Below are positions 26,970 to 38,792 of a stretch of DNA of 64,000 bases, piece by piece (the stretch's first letter is position 1; each line of letters begins with the position of its first letter). Source of the DNA: Mobula hypostoma (lineage: Eukaryota). Made by a program: the position numbers and the translations under genes. The stretch is taken from the NCBI RefSeq assembly GCF_963921235.1, contig NC_086097.1, positions 226,364,001 through 226,428,000 of the forward strand, read 5' to 3'. The notes beneath the pieces were generated by a model. The model did not search any database, was not told where the DNA came from, and was given only the letters and a program-made list of their open reading frames with translations.

Positions 26970-27220
26970 TGGCTGGAGACTTAGCATTATATGTCAGATT
27001 GCTTCCTTTCACCTCCGGGACCAGAGTTTGAATGTGACTCAGGAATGCAATGAAAGTCTCCTCTAACTACTGCTGTCAAGGCTTCTATGTAAAATTATTT
27101 CGGCCATTCTCAATCCACTCTGAGCGAGAATGTGTGCATCGATGAAATTGCATTCTGATTCATCAATAACTATTGCATTCTGAACCACATCTAAAGTGGC
27201 ACCAATAATAGAAGACACGT
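26970..27220 (+). mobile_element. Degenerate LF-SINE-like relic
   Basis: CCTTTCACCTC-GGGACCAGAGTTTGAAT...GAAAGTC...CTATGTAAAAT...TCTCAATCCA blocks are collinear with the LF-SINE consensus as recalled. Confidence 0.5.
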
Positions 27221-28644
27221 ATTATATATAAATGACTGCAATGTGTTTGTTTTGGGATTTCAAAGCCAGAATTAAGATATATAATTCTGAGTCATATAAC
27301 TCATGCCATATCTCTGATGGTATAAAGCAGCGATAGAAAATAGAGTGTTACATTTCCTGATATTACAAATAATTGCAAATAAATATAGACATTTCACAAG
27401 AAAGGAAGAATTGCATATTATAATGAAATATAATATTCAAGTTTTTCAGTCATTAATGGGAAGTTCTAAAATATTTTATCTAACCAAAAGTGATTTTACT
27501 TGTAATTGCCTTGACTGAAGAATCAATGCCAAGAAAAATGAAAAAAAGAGAAAAATATGTTATTTTATGTGTAGAGTGGTTAAGTGGAAATATTATGCAA
27601 AACAATCATCCCATCCACAGTAACCATTAATGTGCTTCTGGTGCTTACGTGTCATAACGGTTGTCTGTTTTACTTATTTATAAAAAGTTACTCTTCTGTC
27701 TTCTAAACCTGAGAGAAATGACATGAATTCAAAGGAAATTGCTCCTTCAGTGTTGAATTATGTAAGAGTAGGATATACAAGAAAATAGAATTATTGCAAA
27801 TATGGTTGGAAATCCTTTAGAACTTCACATATGAAAATAAGTTTTTGTTGGAAATGAAAATTAGATGCACTGTTTTGTTTTAAAATAACAAATGTATTAA
27901 CATTAACAGTGACAGTGAAATAAATATGCATTCCACTGTACCATTTTAATAATTAAACTTGCTGCATTTTTGGGGAGACATGAATTTCTGCTTTTGCTTA
28001 TCTTAACTGACAGCAAAGGAATTGTGTCTTTTTTTTTAACTTGTGTGGTTCCAATTGAAATATCCAAACTCATTTTCCAGCCCAGATTAATTTCTCACCA
28101 TCACATGCCAACCCATCGAGTGGGTTGACTCAGAAGTGAGAAAATGTGTATAGTTGTAGTGAATGGGCTTGAGTGACAGGCAGCTTGAAACTCATACATG
28201 GAACCTTCTGGCTGAAAGCCAACTCCTCAACTGCCTGAACAACTGGGCAGCCCCAGTAGGGTTGAATCTTTGACAATTTACCCATCACTCAGAACTGCCT
28301 CAGGCATTGGGCAAAGTTCTGATGAATTTCAAGAAAATTTAATCATTGCATATTATGGTAATACTACAACAATCGTTCAGTCGTTTCTTTTGTTTTAGCT
28401 GCAGTAGGAACTTTAGACTGTTTTGTATATATGATTATAAGAGCATCACGTGCAGGAGTAATATATCTAAGAGGAGTATCCACAAAGGATAGAGTTTTAA
28501 TACATTGAACATTATTGCTTCCTTACTCAAAGAGAATACACATTGCATACAAATTGCAGAATACCTTCAAGTGTGCTCAATAATAATACTCCTCTATAAA
28601 AATGGTATTGTGTAACAGTCCTAAGCCATGATCTGTGTCAGTGA

Positions 28645-28960
28645 GGGACATGCTCTCTTCTCACTGCTACCATCAGGAAGGAGGTGCAGAAGCCTGAAGG
28701 CACACACTCATTGATTCAGCAACAGCTTCTTCCCCTCAGCCATCTGATTTCTGAATGGACATTGAACCTATGAACACTACCTCACTACTTGTTTTATTTC
28801 TATTGTTGCACTACTTATTTATCTTAACTGTTTAATATATATATACTTACTGTAATTTACAGTTTTTTCCTATTATTATGTACGTTATTGTACTGCTGTC
28901 ACAAAGGTAACAAATTTCACGACATACACCGATACTATTAAACCTGAGTCTGATTCTGAT
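28645..28960 (+). mobile_element. Rex1/Babar LINE 3' end
   Basis: Encodes HALFSLLPSGRRCRSL...NSFFPSAI; ATTAAACCTGAGTCTGATTCTGAT tail. Confidence 0.82.
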
Positions 28961-31900
28961 GCTGAGTACCAAAGAAAAGCACCTTCTCAATCTGATAATC
29001 AGAACCCAAACCCAACCTTCGAAATGTACCTTCCGCCTTTTCTAATCGCTTTCACTTACAATAAAACACTGTGACATTGAGCATATATATATATTAAACT
29101 TACTTCTGTCTTTTTTAACTCAAAATCACTAAATGTAGATGTAGGGAATCTGACAATATATGCTGATGAAGCAGAGGCAACCAGATCACAATAACCTAAT
29201 TAGGGATGTTATCTCAATGTTCAATCAATATCACAATTATAAAAGGGAATTTGCAGACATGCACCAGTAAATACATTTAACATTATCTTTGCATAGTCAT
29301 TCATGGCATAGTTATGCACATCGTCTAAGATATCAAACACTTCATAAAGTGCAACCTCAAAATGACCACTCCAGGCAATTTACAAACGGGAATTTCATCT
29401 GGATACGTGTCAACATAAATCAGCAGCTTACAGGCGTAGTTTTTTTTCTATGCATGCCATAACCTTTGCAAGCCCCATTTCTGACTAGCTGCCATAAATC
29501 TACCCTATCATGCTGTCTCGTCACATTCCACCCCAAATCAGAAAAACTCTGGATCTTTAATTCTTCACTTACTCTGAAGCATACATAAAACACTATATGG
29601 AGCTATTTCATGATCACACCTAATATCATTCAGTATTTCTGCTATGGACAGTGCGTAAGCTGGTATTCAGCACATGAACATAATCAGAAGCTCATTTTTT
29701 AAAAATACTGTGCTTTCATGTTTGTTTCTCCCATGGTATTTTGATATTATACCAATGTTTTTTTACGCCATTGCAGGTTTGAAAATCTATTGAACGTCTG
29801 TGAATATGGAAGTGCCTACAGACAAATGAAGCCCATCTTTGAGCGCAGGATCCTTACTTAGACCCACCTCATAATGCATCAGATCATTACCCCTGCCTAC
29901 ATAACACTTTCATTTCAATTGTTAAGTAGCCAAAACAGCAAGAACACTGTGAGCTCCTAAAATTTGAAATATTTTATGTAATCTTAAGAACTGCACTAAC
30001 TACATAAATTCAATAAATTATCTTTACTCAGTTTGCTTCATTGCATAAATATCCATGATTATTTAAAATGCATTATGTTCAAATTATTTGAAATATGCTT
30101 GTTAATTCTCCAGGGCAAAAAAAAATGATTGATGCTTTTAACATATTACAAGGTGTAAACATAAAAGTCAGTTGCAATTATAAGTGAGAATCTTGTATCC
30201 AAAGCTATTTTCTGCATTAAATATATAATAAATGACTTTCAAATGTTCAGATGTCTGGAAGTATTTGTACATTTTTTAACAAAAGAACTCAATTTCACTC
30301 TTTCTTGACATCATACTATCCTTCGAAATAGATGGCTTTAATTCAACGTCGACCAGATACGAAATGGAACCAATTTTCTGGTGTGTGAGTGTGACAAAAG
30401 GAGGAAGTGGCAGAATATTAGCAAATTATTTGCTGTACAGATCTGAAAAAAAAATCTAAATGAAATTGCAAAGTGCTTTTGAAAGGCATTTTCTCCCCTC
30501 AAATTTAAGTAAAGTACTTGATAATGAATGAGCCTTTTATGAGAAGCTGATGTTGTAAGGTTAACATAACTGCAAAATAAGAAGTTGCATTGTAAATATT
30601 AATATCCCCACATCAGTACAGGCACGTACAGAAAATGCCTTTTTACGTTTAAAAATCTTCATCCAAATAAAATCAGACAAGTTCTAGTTTTTAAACAAGT
30701 GTACACTTGGTTTGCTTTTTACATTAATCATAAACAAAACCGATTTTGTGTACAGCAAAGACTAAAAATGGTTGTATAATTGTATTTAAAATATGGATGC
30801 ACAGCAAGTTCTGAAATACAAAATCTTCACATTGCCATCTTGCCGCCTTTATGCATTTTAAAAGAAAAGAATACATCCAAATTAAAGTTTGCCCATTTCA
30901 AATTAACATTAAATGCTGTCTTAGTATTCCAGATTAGCCACCCACTCACCCCTTGCTTGGGGAAAATGCTATTTGATTCATTCTACTTCTAATACTAAAA
31001 AGGCATCAAATCTAGTATTATCTCAAGCAGTCTATCTTTTACACAGGTGATGACAGGTGAGGTCTCGTTCCACCCACCACAGGGCCGGTGATGTTTGCGG
31101 GACTCTCCTCAAATGATAGTAACACTGAATACTGTTGAACTCAAGTTAATAAATATTTAATATTAACCAGTAGGTTTCAGCTTTGCACCATAGAAGTTTA
31201 TGCAAGCATAACATGGATTATCCTTCCAAATTAAAACATCTGTCAACATTGCCATTTGGTTGAAATATCTTAATCATGTTAAGAATTTTGCTTTAAGAAA
31301 ATTGGTATCAATCAGCAAAGTTTTGAGTGCTGAGTTAAAACTTCCGTCAGTCTCAGTGGTGTACACATTTTATTTTAGGTTTGATGTGCAGAAATGAAGG
31401 TGGTAGTGTATATGCTCAATATGTACTCTCAAGCCACTTCTTCAATAATGAAATGGATTCTGATTTTTTAATACTTGAATACTTATCATACATATATTCT
31501 CGAAAGTAAGAAACATGATTTTGAAGGAGCTGTTTTTCATAGAACTCTTGTATTACCTGCTCTAGACACAGTATAACATTGCCTCAGGGAACATCTAGTA
31601 CCTTTGCATTCATTTAGTCCCTGTTTGAACACCAGGCTTCTCTTTTGTCTATTATCGCAATGTTGTTTTATTCCCAAATATTGACACCGTCTACTTCTAT
31701 CAGTACAAACTGCTCTGAAACCTTCAAGTCTCATGCTCATCTCTATTTCCTTGTATTGATTACCTTCCTCACACCGTCAGGTAGCCAGACAGCAAGACTG
31801 GCCGGAGGAATAGCTTCCGATGACTTTATATGGGCAATTTACAAGGAAGTGTTTAAAGAAGATATTAGTCTCGGTACAAATCAGTGAATGTAATTTTGTC

Positions 31901-32349
31901 AATACTGTTAGATTTCATGTTTGCACATGGTCGCAAGTTGTACTTTAAAAGTGACAAACCCTAGACAGTGCATTAAGTCAATACAGTATACAGTGTTGGT
32001 AAAATTACAATCTTTTTGCTGAGATTATTAAACGTGAATCATTATGTTCCTTTGCAGTTCATGTTCATCCATAATATTTTATGTTTTATCATCTGTTTTT
32101 CTTAATTTTCACCAAGTTTATTATTAAGAAAACTACCATAGTATTTTAAAATGCATACCTGCTGTCAAGGGCATGAAACAATTATAAATTAGCTTTGATA
32201 ATTTGTTGAATATTTACATATAAAATAGTGAAGATAAGATTTAAAGCACCATTTTGGTGCATCATTGTATTTCAGTACAAAAGGTTAAATTTTACTGATT
32301 GAAAAGAACAATTATTTGTACAAGAACAAAAAACAATAGAAAGTGATGA

Positions 32350-32690
32350 AAATTCATCTGTCTGAAACACTAACTCCATTTCTCTTACCACAGATGCTGC
32401 CCGACTTGCTGGGTGTTTCCAGTATTTTCTGTTTTTATTTCAAATTCCTTGAACAGTTTAAGTACAAATACTCTAAACATTGAAAATTATACAATATTAT
32501 AATAAATAACAAATAATATCTGCATGCAACTAAAATATTATTTTATCTTGCAAACACAATAGGATCCGCGGAGGCTGGAAATCCAGAGTAACACATAGAA
32601 AATGCCGGTTGGGTCAAAATATCAACTGTTTATTTCTCTTCATACAGGCCCCCTGACCTGTGGAGATCCTACAGCATTTTGTATATGATA
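32350..32690. mobile_element. Degenerate Penelope pLTR-derived fragments
   Basis: CAGATGCTGCCCGACTTGCTG and GGAGGCTGGAAATCCAGAGTAACAC motifs shared with the other pLTR copies. Confidence 0.5.
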
Positions 32691-32894
32691 TTTTAATTTG
32701 CAGAATCCCTAATTCTGAAGGTGTTAATTTCAGAAGTTATCAGGAGTTCAGAAGTTATGAGTTCAGAAGTTATATTTAGACTGTAGTTACTGCCAACATT
32801 CAAAGAATAGCCACTACAATGTTGGCAAAGAGTTAATATTAACAGGCAGCTTGCCCTGTTCTGAGTTTCTCTAAATAAACCAGCATGTTTTTTT

Positions 32895-33746
32895 TTAAGG
32901 GGAAATCTTGCCTGACAAATCTGTTGGAATTTTTGAGGAAATATCAGGCAGGATAGACAAAGGAGAGTCAGTGGATGTTGTATACTTGGATTTTCAGGCC
33001 TTTGACAAGGTGCTGCACATGAGGCATGCCATTACAGGAAAGATACTAGCATGCACAGCAAATTGACTGATTGGCAGGAGGAAAAGAGTGGAAACAAAGG
33101 GGGCCTTTACTAGTTGGATACCAGTGAGTACTGCTGTTCTGCCAGCAGTATTGGGACCACTTCTTTTTACGCTATATGTCAACAACTTGGATGACAGAAC
33201 TGATGGCTTTGTAACAAAGTTTGCAGACATTACAAAGACGGGTGGAGTGGCAGGTAGTGTTGAGGAAGAAAGGAGTCCGCAGAAGGACTTGGACAGATTG
33301 GGAGAAAGGGCAAAGAAGTGGCAGATGGAACATACTGCAGGGAACTCTATGGTTACTCACTTTTCTAAATAGGGAGAAAATTCAAAAACCAGAGCTGCAA
33401 AGGATTTCCTAAAGGTTAACTTGCAGGTGAGTCAGTGGTAAGGAAAGCAAAAGTAAGGATGTAACGCTGAGGCATCGGTCAGACTGTACTTGGAACATTA
33501 GGAATAGTTTTGGGCCCCTCATCTGAGAAAAGATGTACTGGCATTGAACAGGGTCCTGAGGAGGTTCACAAGAATGATTCTGGAAATGAAAGGATTAACA
33601 TATGAAGAGCGTTTGATGACTCTGGTCCTGTACTCACTAGAGAAGGCAGGAGAATGGGGTTGAGAGGGTTAATAAATCAGCCATGATGGAATAGCAGAGC
33701 AGACACAATGGGCTGAGTGGCCTAATTCTACTCCTATGCCTTATGG
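32895..33746 (+). mobile_element. CR1 LINE RT fragment with internal deletions
   Basis: VDVVYLDF, AFDKV, VLGPLLFTLYVNNLD, KFAD and DLDRLGERAKKWQME motifs; CR1 3' tail. Confidence 0.9.
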
Positions 33747-36059
33747 GTGAAATATGATTCAATTGGCAATATTAAAATTTCATTTTTAATGTGGAAAAAT
33801 ACTGCTATATTACTTCTTCACTTGGAAATAGAGAAGTTATCTTGTAGTTCCATTGTTGACAATTTTAAAATAATAGCCGACTTATCAGATCTCAATCAAT
33901 ATTACAAGTGCATACATGGAGAAACCAGATCATTTTGAACAAAATGAATGTAGCTTTTATCATGATTGAAAGATACAAAATTATGGTAGTGACTGTTTTG
34001 TTGTATAAGACTGGAACTCAGTCTCCATCACATAAGTATCCTTTACTTTTTATTTTGGCCTTGTATTTTGATGTAGCTTTTGTTATCTGCCCATGTCAAT
34101 ATACTAACCTAGATATTCACCTTTGTGGTTATTAAAAGCTGGAATGTATAACTTTAAGGTAATTTTTTTTCAAGGTCCCTAGAGAAACGTTGGCTAGCAG
34201 AACTTCCATGTCTCTAAAGACCGGCATTAGATTCAGAGTATATTTTTCAAAATCTGATTGAAGGGTTATATATTGGTTTGTATTAAAACAAAATGTTGAA
34301 GGCTGCAAAGTGGATTCTGAGGCCAGTAAAATGGAACATTGCAGTTTTAATAATGAAAACCTTACTTATTATCTTTATATCTGTTGTGTCTAAAATGCAC
34401 TACCTTAATGAATTATTTAAGACTTTTATGCTGTTATGCTTTACGAGCTTCCAATCATTAATACAGCTAATAAGCTATATTAGACTATTATTTTGACATT
34501 TCCAATATTTTTGTTTACTTGAATAAACTAAATGTCATGGGAAATTTAACAGAATGTGCAATCATTCAGACAAAGTATATTTCCTATTATTGACTGTGGA
34601 AAGTAAAAGCTTACCGAAAGTGCAAGATTTTTTTTTTCAAAACACAGCTTATGCATTTTGTATGACCTCTACTTCCTTCTCTTCTCCTTCTGTCCCTCTG
34701 AAGATCACTGAAAAGGGAACCAGGATTCCAAACCGTAGATAGCTGTGAGACAAGCTGAAAGATAACTGTCCTGGCCTTCACCTGGATCTCCCAATTCTTC
34801 GACTTAAGCCAAGAACTCGGAGGTGGATTTTGCAAAGATACAACAGCATTTACCGAGCCTCTCAGAATACCTGCAGCAGGAGGAGAAGAACGAGCATGAA
34901 AGCAAACACAAGGCAGGTGTACTAGAGCAATATTTAGTATGTTTCAAGTGCCGAGTTGGCACTATTGTTTTTACTTTCTGAATGAACTTTCAAGCTATTT
35001 TGATGCCCTTCGTGCAGTTATATCACTGGTGCAGTATTGTGAGAGGGGGCTATCGTTTTGAACATTCTGTTTTATTTATTTTGATGCACTTTTTTGTCAG
35101 ATATAATAGCTGAAGGCATTTGTGCCCCTGGAATGCATTAAGTCCTGTTTATAGTGTAGCTGTGATATTTTATTTTTCAATTGATTTAAGGAAAGCAACT
35201 GCAAGAAAATTATGTTCTAATAATTTGGTAGCTAGACTTACTTGGCTCTGCTTTCACAAAGATCATCAAATTAATGCTAGTTCCTTATTGAAAGAATTAT
35301 TTCTTCAACCAATACATTATTCAAAAAAAGAAATTACACACTCCCTGGATTTTCACTGTAGTATTTAATAGTTGCTAATCTTTAGAAAAAAAATCTTTTC
35401 ATTTGATAAATTGATAGAGAACACAGATTAAAGGAAATTAAGACATCAACTCATAGTTTGAATGATCATCACAAAATATAACATCTAAATTTGCTTATTA
35501 GAATGGTTTCCAAATCAATTTGTATGAAGCAGATTTTTAATTAATATAACTAATGAGGGGAGATATTAACATTATGCAAAACATGTCTGCATATATATCT
35601 CAGACACTGTTCATAAACTGAAGGAGGATGTTAGCCAGAATAATGTTATTTGAAGGTGACAGAATTAGTACATTATATTAAAGTTTGAATATATTTTTGC
35701 AATCTTTAATAATAAAATAATCAATCCATTAATTTAAAAAGATAAACATTGATCCTATGCAGTTTTACTTTCCCAAGTCATAATTACAATATGTACAACT
35801 TAACCTTCTTGAAACACCATAAACAAAACCAAAGCACTGCAGATATTGAAAACCTGAAACAAAATTAGAAATCGCTAGAAGATGTAATAGATCCATAGGG
35901 ATAACAAATTAGTTAACTTTCCTGATCTGCCTTCAGGTCTTCCAGGCATTTTGTCAGAACTGTCTGCTACGACGGGAGGATAACAATTAACAAGGAGCAA
36001 AACGAAAGGAAGAGGTGGCTGTGGTGGGACAAGTGATGCCCGTGTCTGTACGCATGCAG

Positions 36060-36280
36060 CAAAAAACATAGAAAAGATCTGTAACATAGACAAACTGCTG
36101 AGGAGCTCAGCAGGTCAGGCAGCTTCTATGGAGGGAAATAAAGAGCCAATGTTTTAATGAAGAATCTCTGGCTGAAGGTCAGCTCCTTGTGCCCCTCCAT
36201 AGATGCGATCGGGCCTGCAGAGTTCCTCCAGCACGTTGTGTTACTCTGGAGTTTCAGCATCTGCAGAGCCTCTTGTGGAA
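36060..36280. mobile_element. Penelope pLTR-derived imperfect palindrome
   Basis: GAGCTCAGCAGGTCAGGCAGCTTCTATGGAGGG is followed by its approximate reverse complement CCCTCCATAGATGC...GAGTTCCTCCAGCA. Confidence 0.6.
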
Positions 36281-36454
36281 AATATTTGCAACACGTTGTA
36301 ATGTAAAGCAAGGACTCACTAAGTGGCAGAAAGATACAGATGTGTGAAAATAAATGGTGGATGTACAGTATATAAGATGGAAAATGTGTAAATAGGCGAG
36401 CATGGAAGCAGACACAGACTAAGCCGATAGAGTGGGTGCAGTGCCCACGGTCGA

Positions 36455-37042
36455 AGAGGGGTTGTATTTCCTACGTCAACTCAGGAAGTACAACCTGCCT
36501 CAGGAGCTGCTGATTCAATTCTATTCAGGAATAATCCAGTCTGTTCTCTGTTCGTCCATCACTGTCTGGTTTGGAGCAGCTACCAAACAAGACAAGAATA
36601 GACTCCAAAGAACTGTCAGGGCTGCGGAAAGAATTATTGGTGTGAAGCTGCTGTCGATCCAGGACTTGTATGCATCTAGAGTCAGGAAGCGAGCCAGCAG
36701 CATCATTGTAGACCCATCACACCCTGGACATCACCTGTTCCAACTCCTTCCTTCTGGTAGGCGCTTTAGATCACAGTATGCCAGGACAAATAGGTACAAG
36801 AACAGTTTCTTTCCGTATGCCATCAGTCTTATGAACACTGGAATTTTAGTCTATTATAAACCAAGTCCACCTGTACATACACAGGTATACCTCATTGTAT
36901 ATAGTTCACGATTATTTGCACTATTGTTTTGTTTGCTTTTTGATTCTGTATGGGAGAGCTCAGGGAAACCGGCATCAAATTCCCTGTATGTGTCCACATA
37001 CTTGGCGATAATAAAGGATTCTGATTCTGATTCTGATTCTGA
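36455..37042 (+). mobile_element. Rex1/Babar LINE 3' portion, young copy
   Basis: ORF 36432..37067 reads LYFLRQLRKYNLP...SSITVWFG...HPGHHLFQLLPSGRRFRS...NSFFPYAI; AATAAA plus (GATTCT)n tail. Confidence 0.9.
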
Positions 37043-37103
37043 ACCAATGATTAGTAATTACTGGTAGCTTGCAGATCACTGCTTCCAAAATCTGGAATTA
37101 CTG

Positions 37104-37105
<2 letters not shown>

Positions 37106-37155
<50 letters not shown>
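37106..37155. repeat. (GT)n microsatellite
   Basis: About 25 perfect GT units. Confidence 0.97.
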
Positions 37156-37157
<2 letters not shown>

Positions 37158-37584
37158 CAATTTATATGTGCAAACAATCTCTCGAACAGAGTTGGTGAAG
37201 TTTAACCCTCGTTAACAGATGGCAGTGGTAGAGAGGTGAGAGTCGAAAGTAAGGATGGGGCAACCAAAGGTGACAGCAAAATCAAAGACAGCATCAAAGC
37301 AAAGGAAAGGGTATATAACATAGAAAAAAAAAGTGGGAAGCAAGATGATTGGAAAGCTTTTAAAAATCAATAGAAGTCAATTAAAGAATCTATAAGGAGG
37401 GAAAAGATTAAGTATTATGGTAAGCTAGCCAATAATATAGAAGAGGTTACCAAAAGTTATTTTTTCAGTTATGTAAAGAGTAAAAGAGAGGCAAAAGTAG
37501 ATATTGGACTGGGGAAAATGTTACTGGAGAGGTAGAAATAGGGGAACAATGATAAAGTGGATGAAATGAATAAGCATTTGGGCT

Positions 37585-37727
37585 GACATTTTTGTGCCGG
37601 GTGGCACCTAGCTTGTTTATTTCGGCTTTTTTCTTAAAGATGTGCTGGGTGCACTCCGGATAGCGCTGCACCGCTGCATGCTTCGCGGATCGGTATCGGT
37701 CCGCAGCCCGGAGGCTGGGGACCACTG
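37585..37727. mobile_element. hAT/Charlie-like DNA transposon end fragment inside CR1
   Basis: CpG-rich insert ending CGGTCCGCAGCCCGGAGGCTGGGGACCACTG, resembling Charlie-type terminal sequence; only one end is seen. Confidence 0.5.
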
Positions 37728-37881
37728 TTCTGGAGGACCGGAAAATTGGAAATATCACTCCACTCTTTAACAAGTGGGGAAGGCAAAGGACAGGAAATTA
37801 TAGGCCTCTTAGCTTGAATTCAGTGGTTGGCAAGATGTACATTATTGACGATGAAGATTTGGGGTACTTGGAGGCACATGA

Positions 37882-38310
37882 TCGTATCTTCCGGTAATGC
37901 CCCCCCCCCCCACCATTCCCCATCCACTTTCCCTTCTCTTGCCTTATCTCCTTGCCTGTCCATCACCTCCCTCTGGTGTTCTTCCCCCATTTTCTTTCTT
38001 CCATGGCCTTCTGTCCTCTCCTATTAGATTCCCCCTTCTCCAGCCCTGTATCTCTTTCACAAATCTACTTCCCAGCTATTTATTTCACCCTTCTGCCCCC
38101 AGTTTCACCTATCACCTTGTGTTTCTCCCTCCCTTCCCTAAAACTTTTACATCTACTCCTCATCCTTTTTTCTCCAGTCCTGCTGAAGGGTCTCAGCCCG
38201 AAACGTCAACTGCAGCCTTTTCCATAGACACTGCCTGGCTTGCTGAGTTCCTCAGCATTTTGTGTGTGTTGCTTGGATTTCCAGCGTCTGCAGATTTAAT
38301 CTTGTTTGTG
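37882..38310 (+). mobile_element. Penelope-like 3' fragment inside CR1
   Basis: Pyrimidine-rich tract, then CAGTC-CTGCTGA-AGGGTCTCAGCCC-GAAACGTC-AACTG (hammerhead-like) and the pLTR end. Confidence 0.75.
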
Positions 38311-38712
38311 AAATCAGTATGGTTTCCTTTAGAGGAAATCTTGCCAGACAAATCAGTTAGAATTCTTTCAGGAAATAACAGGCAAGATAGAGAAAGGTGT
38401 CAGTGGATATCGTTTACTTGGATTTTCAGAAGTTCTTTGACAAGGTGTCACACATGAGGCTGCTAAACAAGATATGAGTCCTAAAAATACAGGAAAGGTA
38501 CAGTCATGGACAGAAGATTGGCTGACTGGCAGAATGCAAAGAGTAGAAATAAAGGAGGGTCTATTCTGATTGGCTGCTGGTGACATGGTTTTCCACCGGG
38601 CGCAGTGTTGAATCTGCTGCTTTCATATTATATGTTAATGATCTGATAATGTTTTGTTGCCAAAAATAGATGGAAGGACAGGTTTTGAGGAAACAGCGGG
38701 TCTGCAGAAAGA

Positions 38713-38792
38713 CAGATGTTCTCAACCGTTTGTATGCCATGGACCAAATCCATTAAGCAAGGGGTCCATGGTCCTCAGGTTGAGAATCCCTG
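38713..38792. mobile_element. 80-bp hAT-like MITE inside CR1
   Basis: Termini CAGATGTTCTCAACC / GGTTGAGAATCCCTG and internal CCATGGACC/GGTCCATGG inverted repeat; no clear 8-bp TSD. Confidence 0.6.

Noticed and set aside
37897..38457. 186-aa Pro/Ser/Phe-rich ORF
   Set aside because: It is a translation of the pyrimidine-rich Penelope tract running into CR1 sequence.
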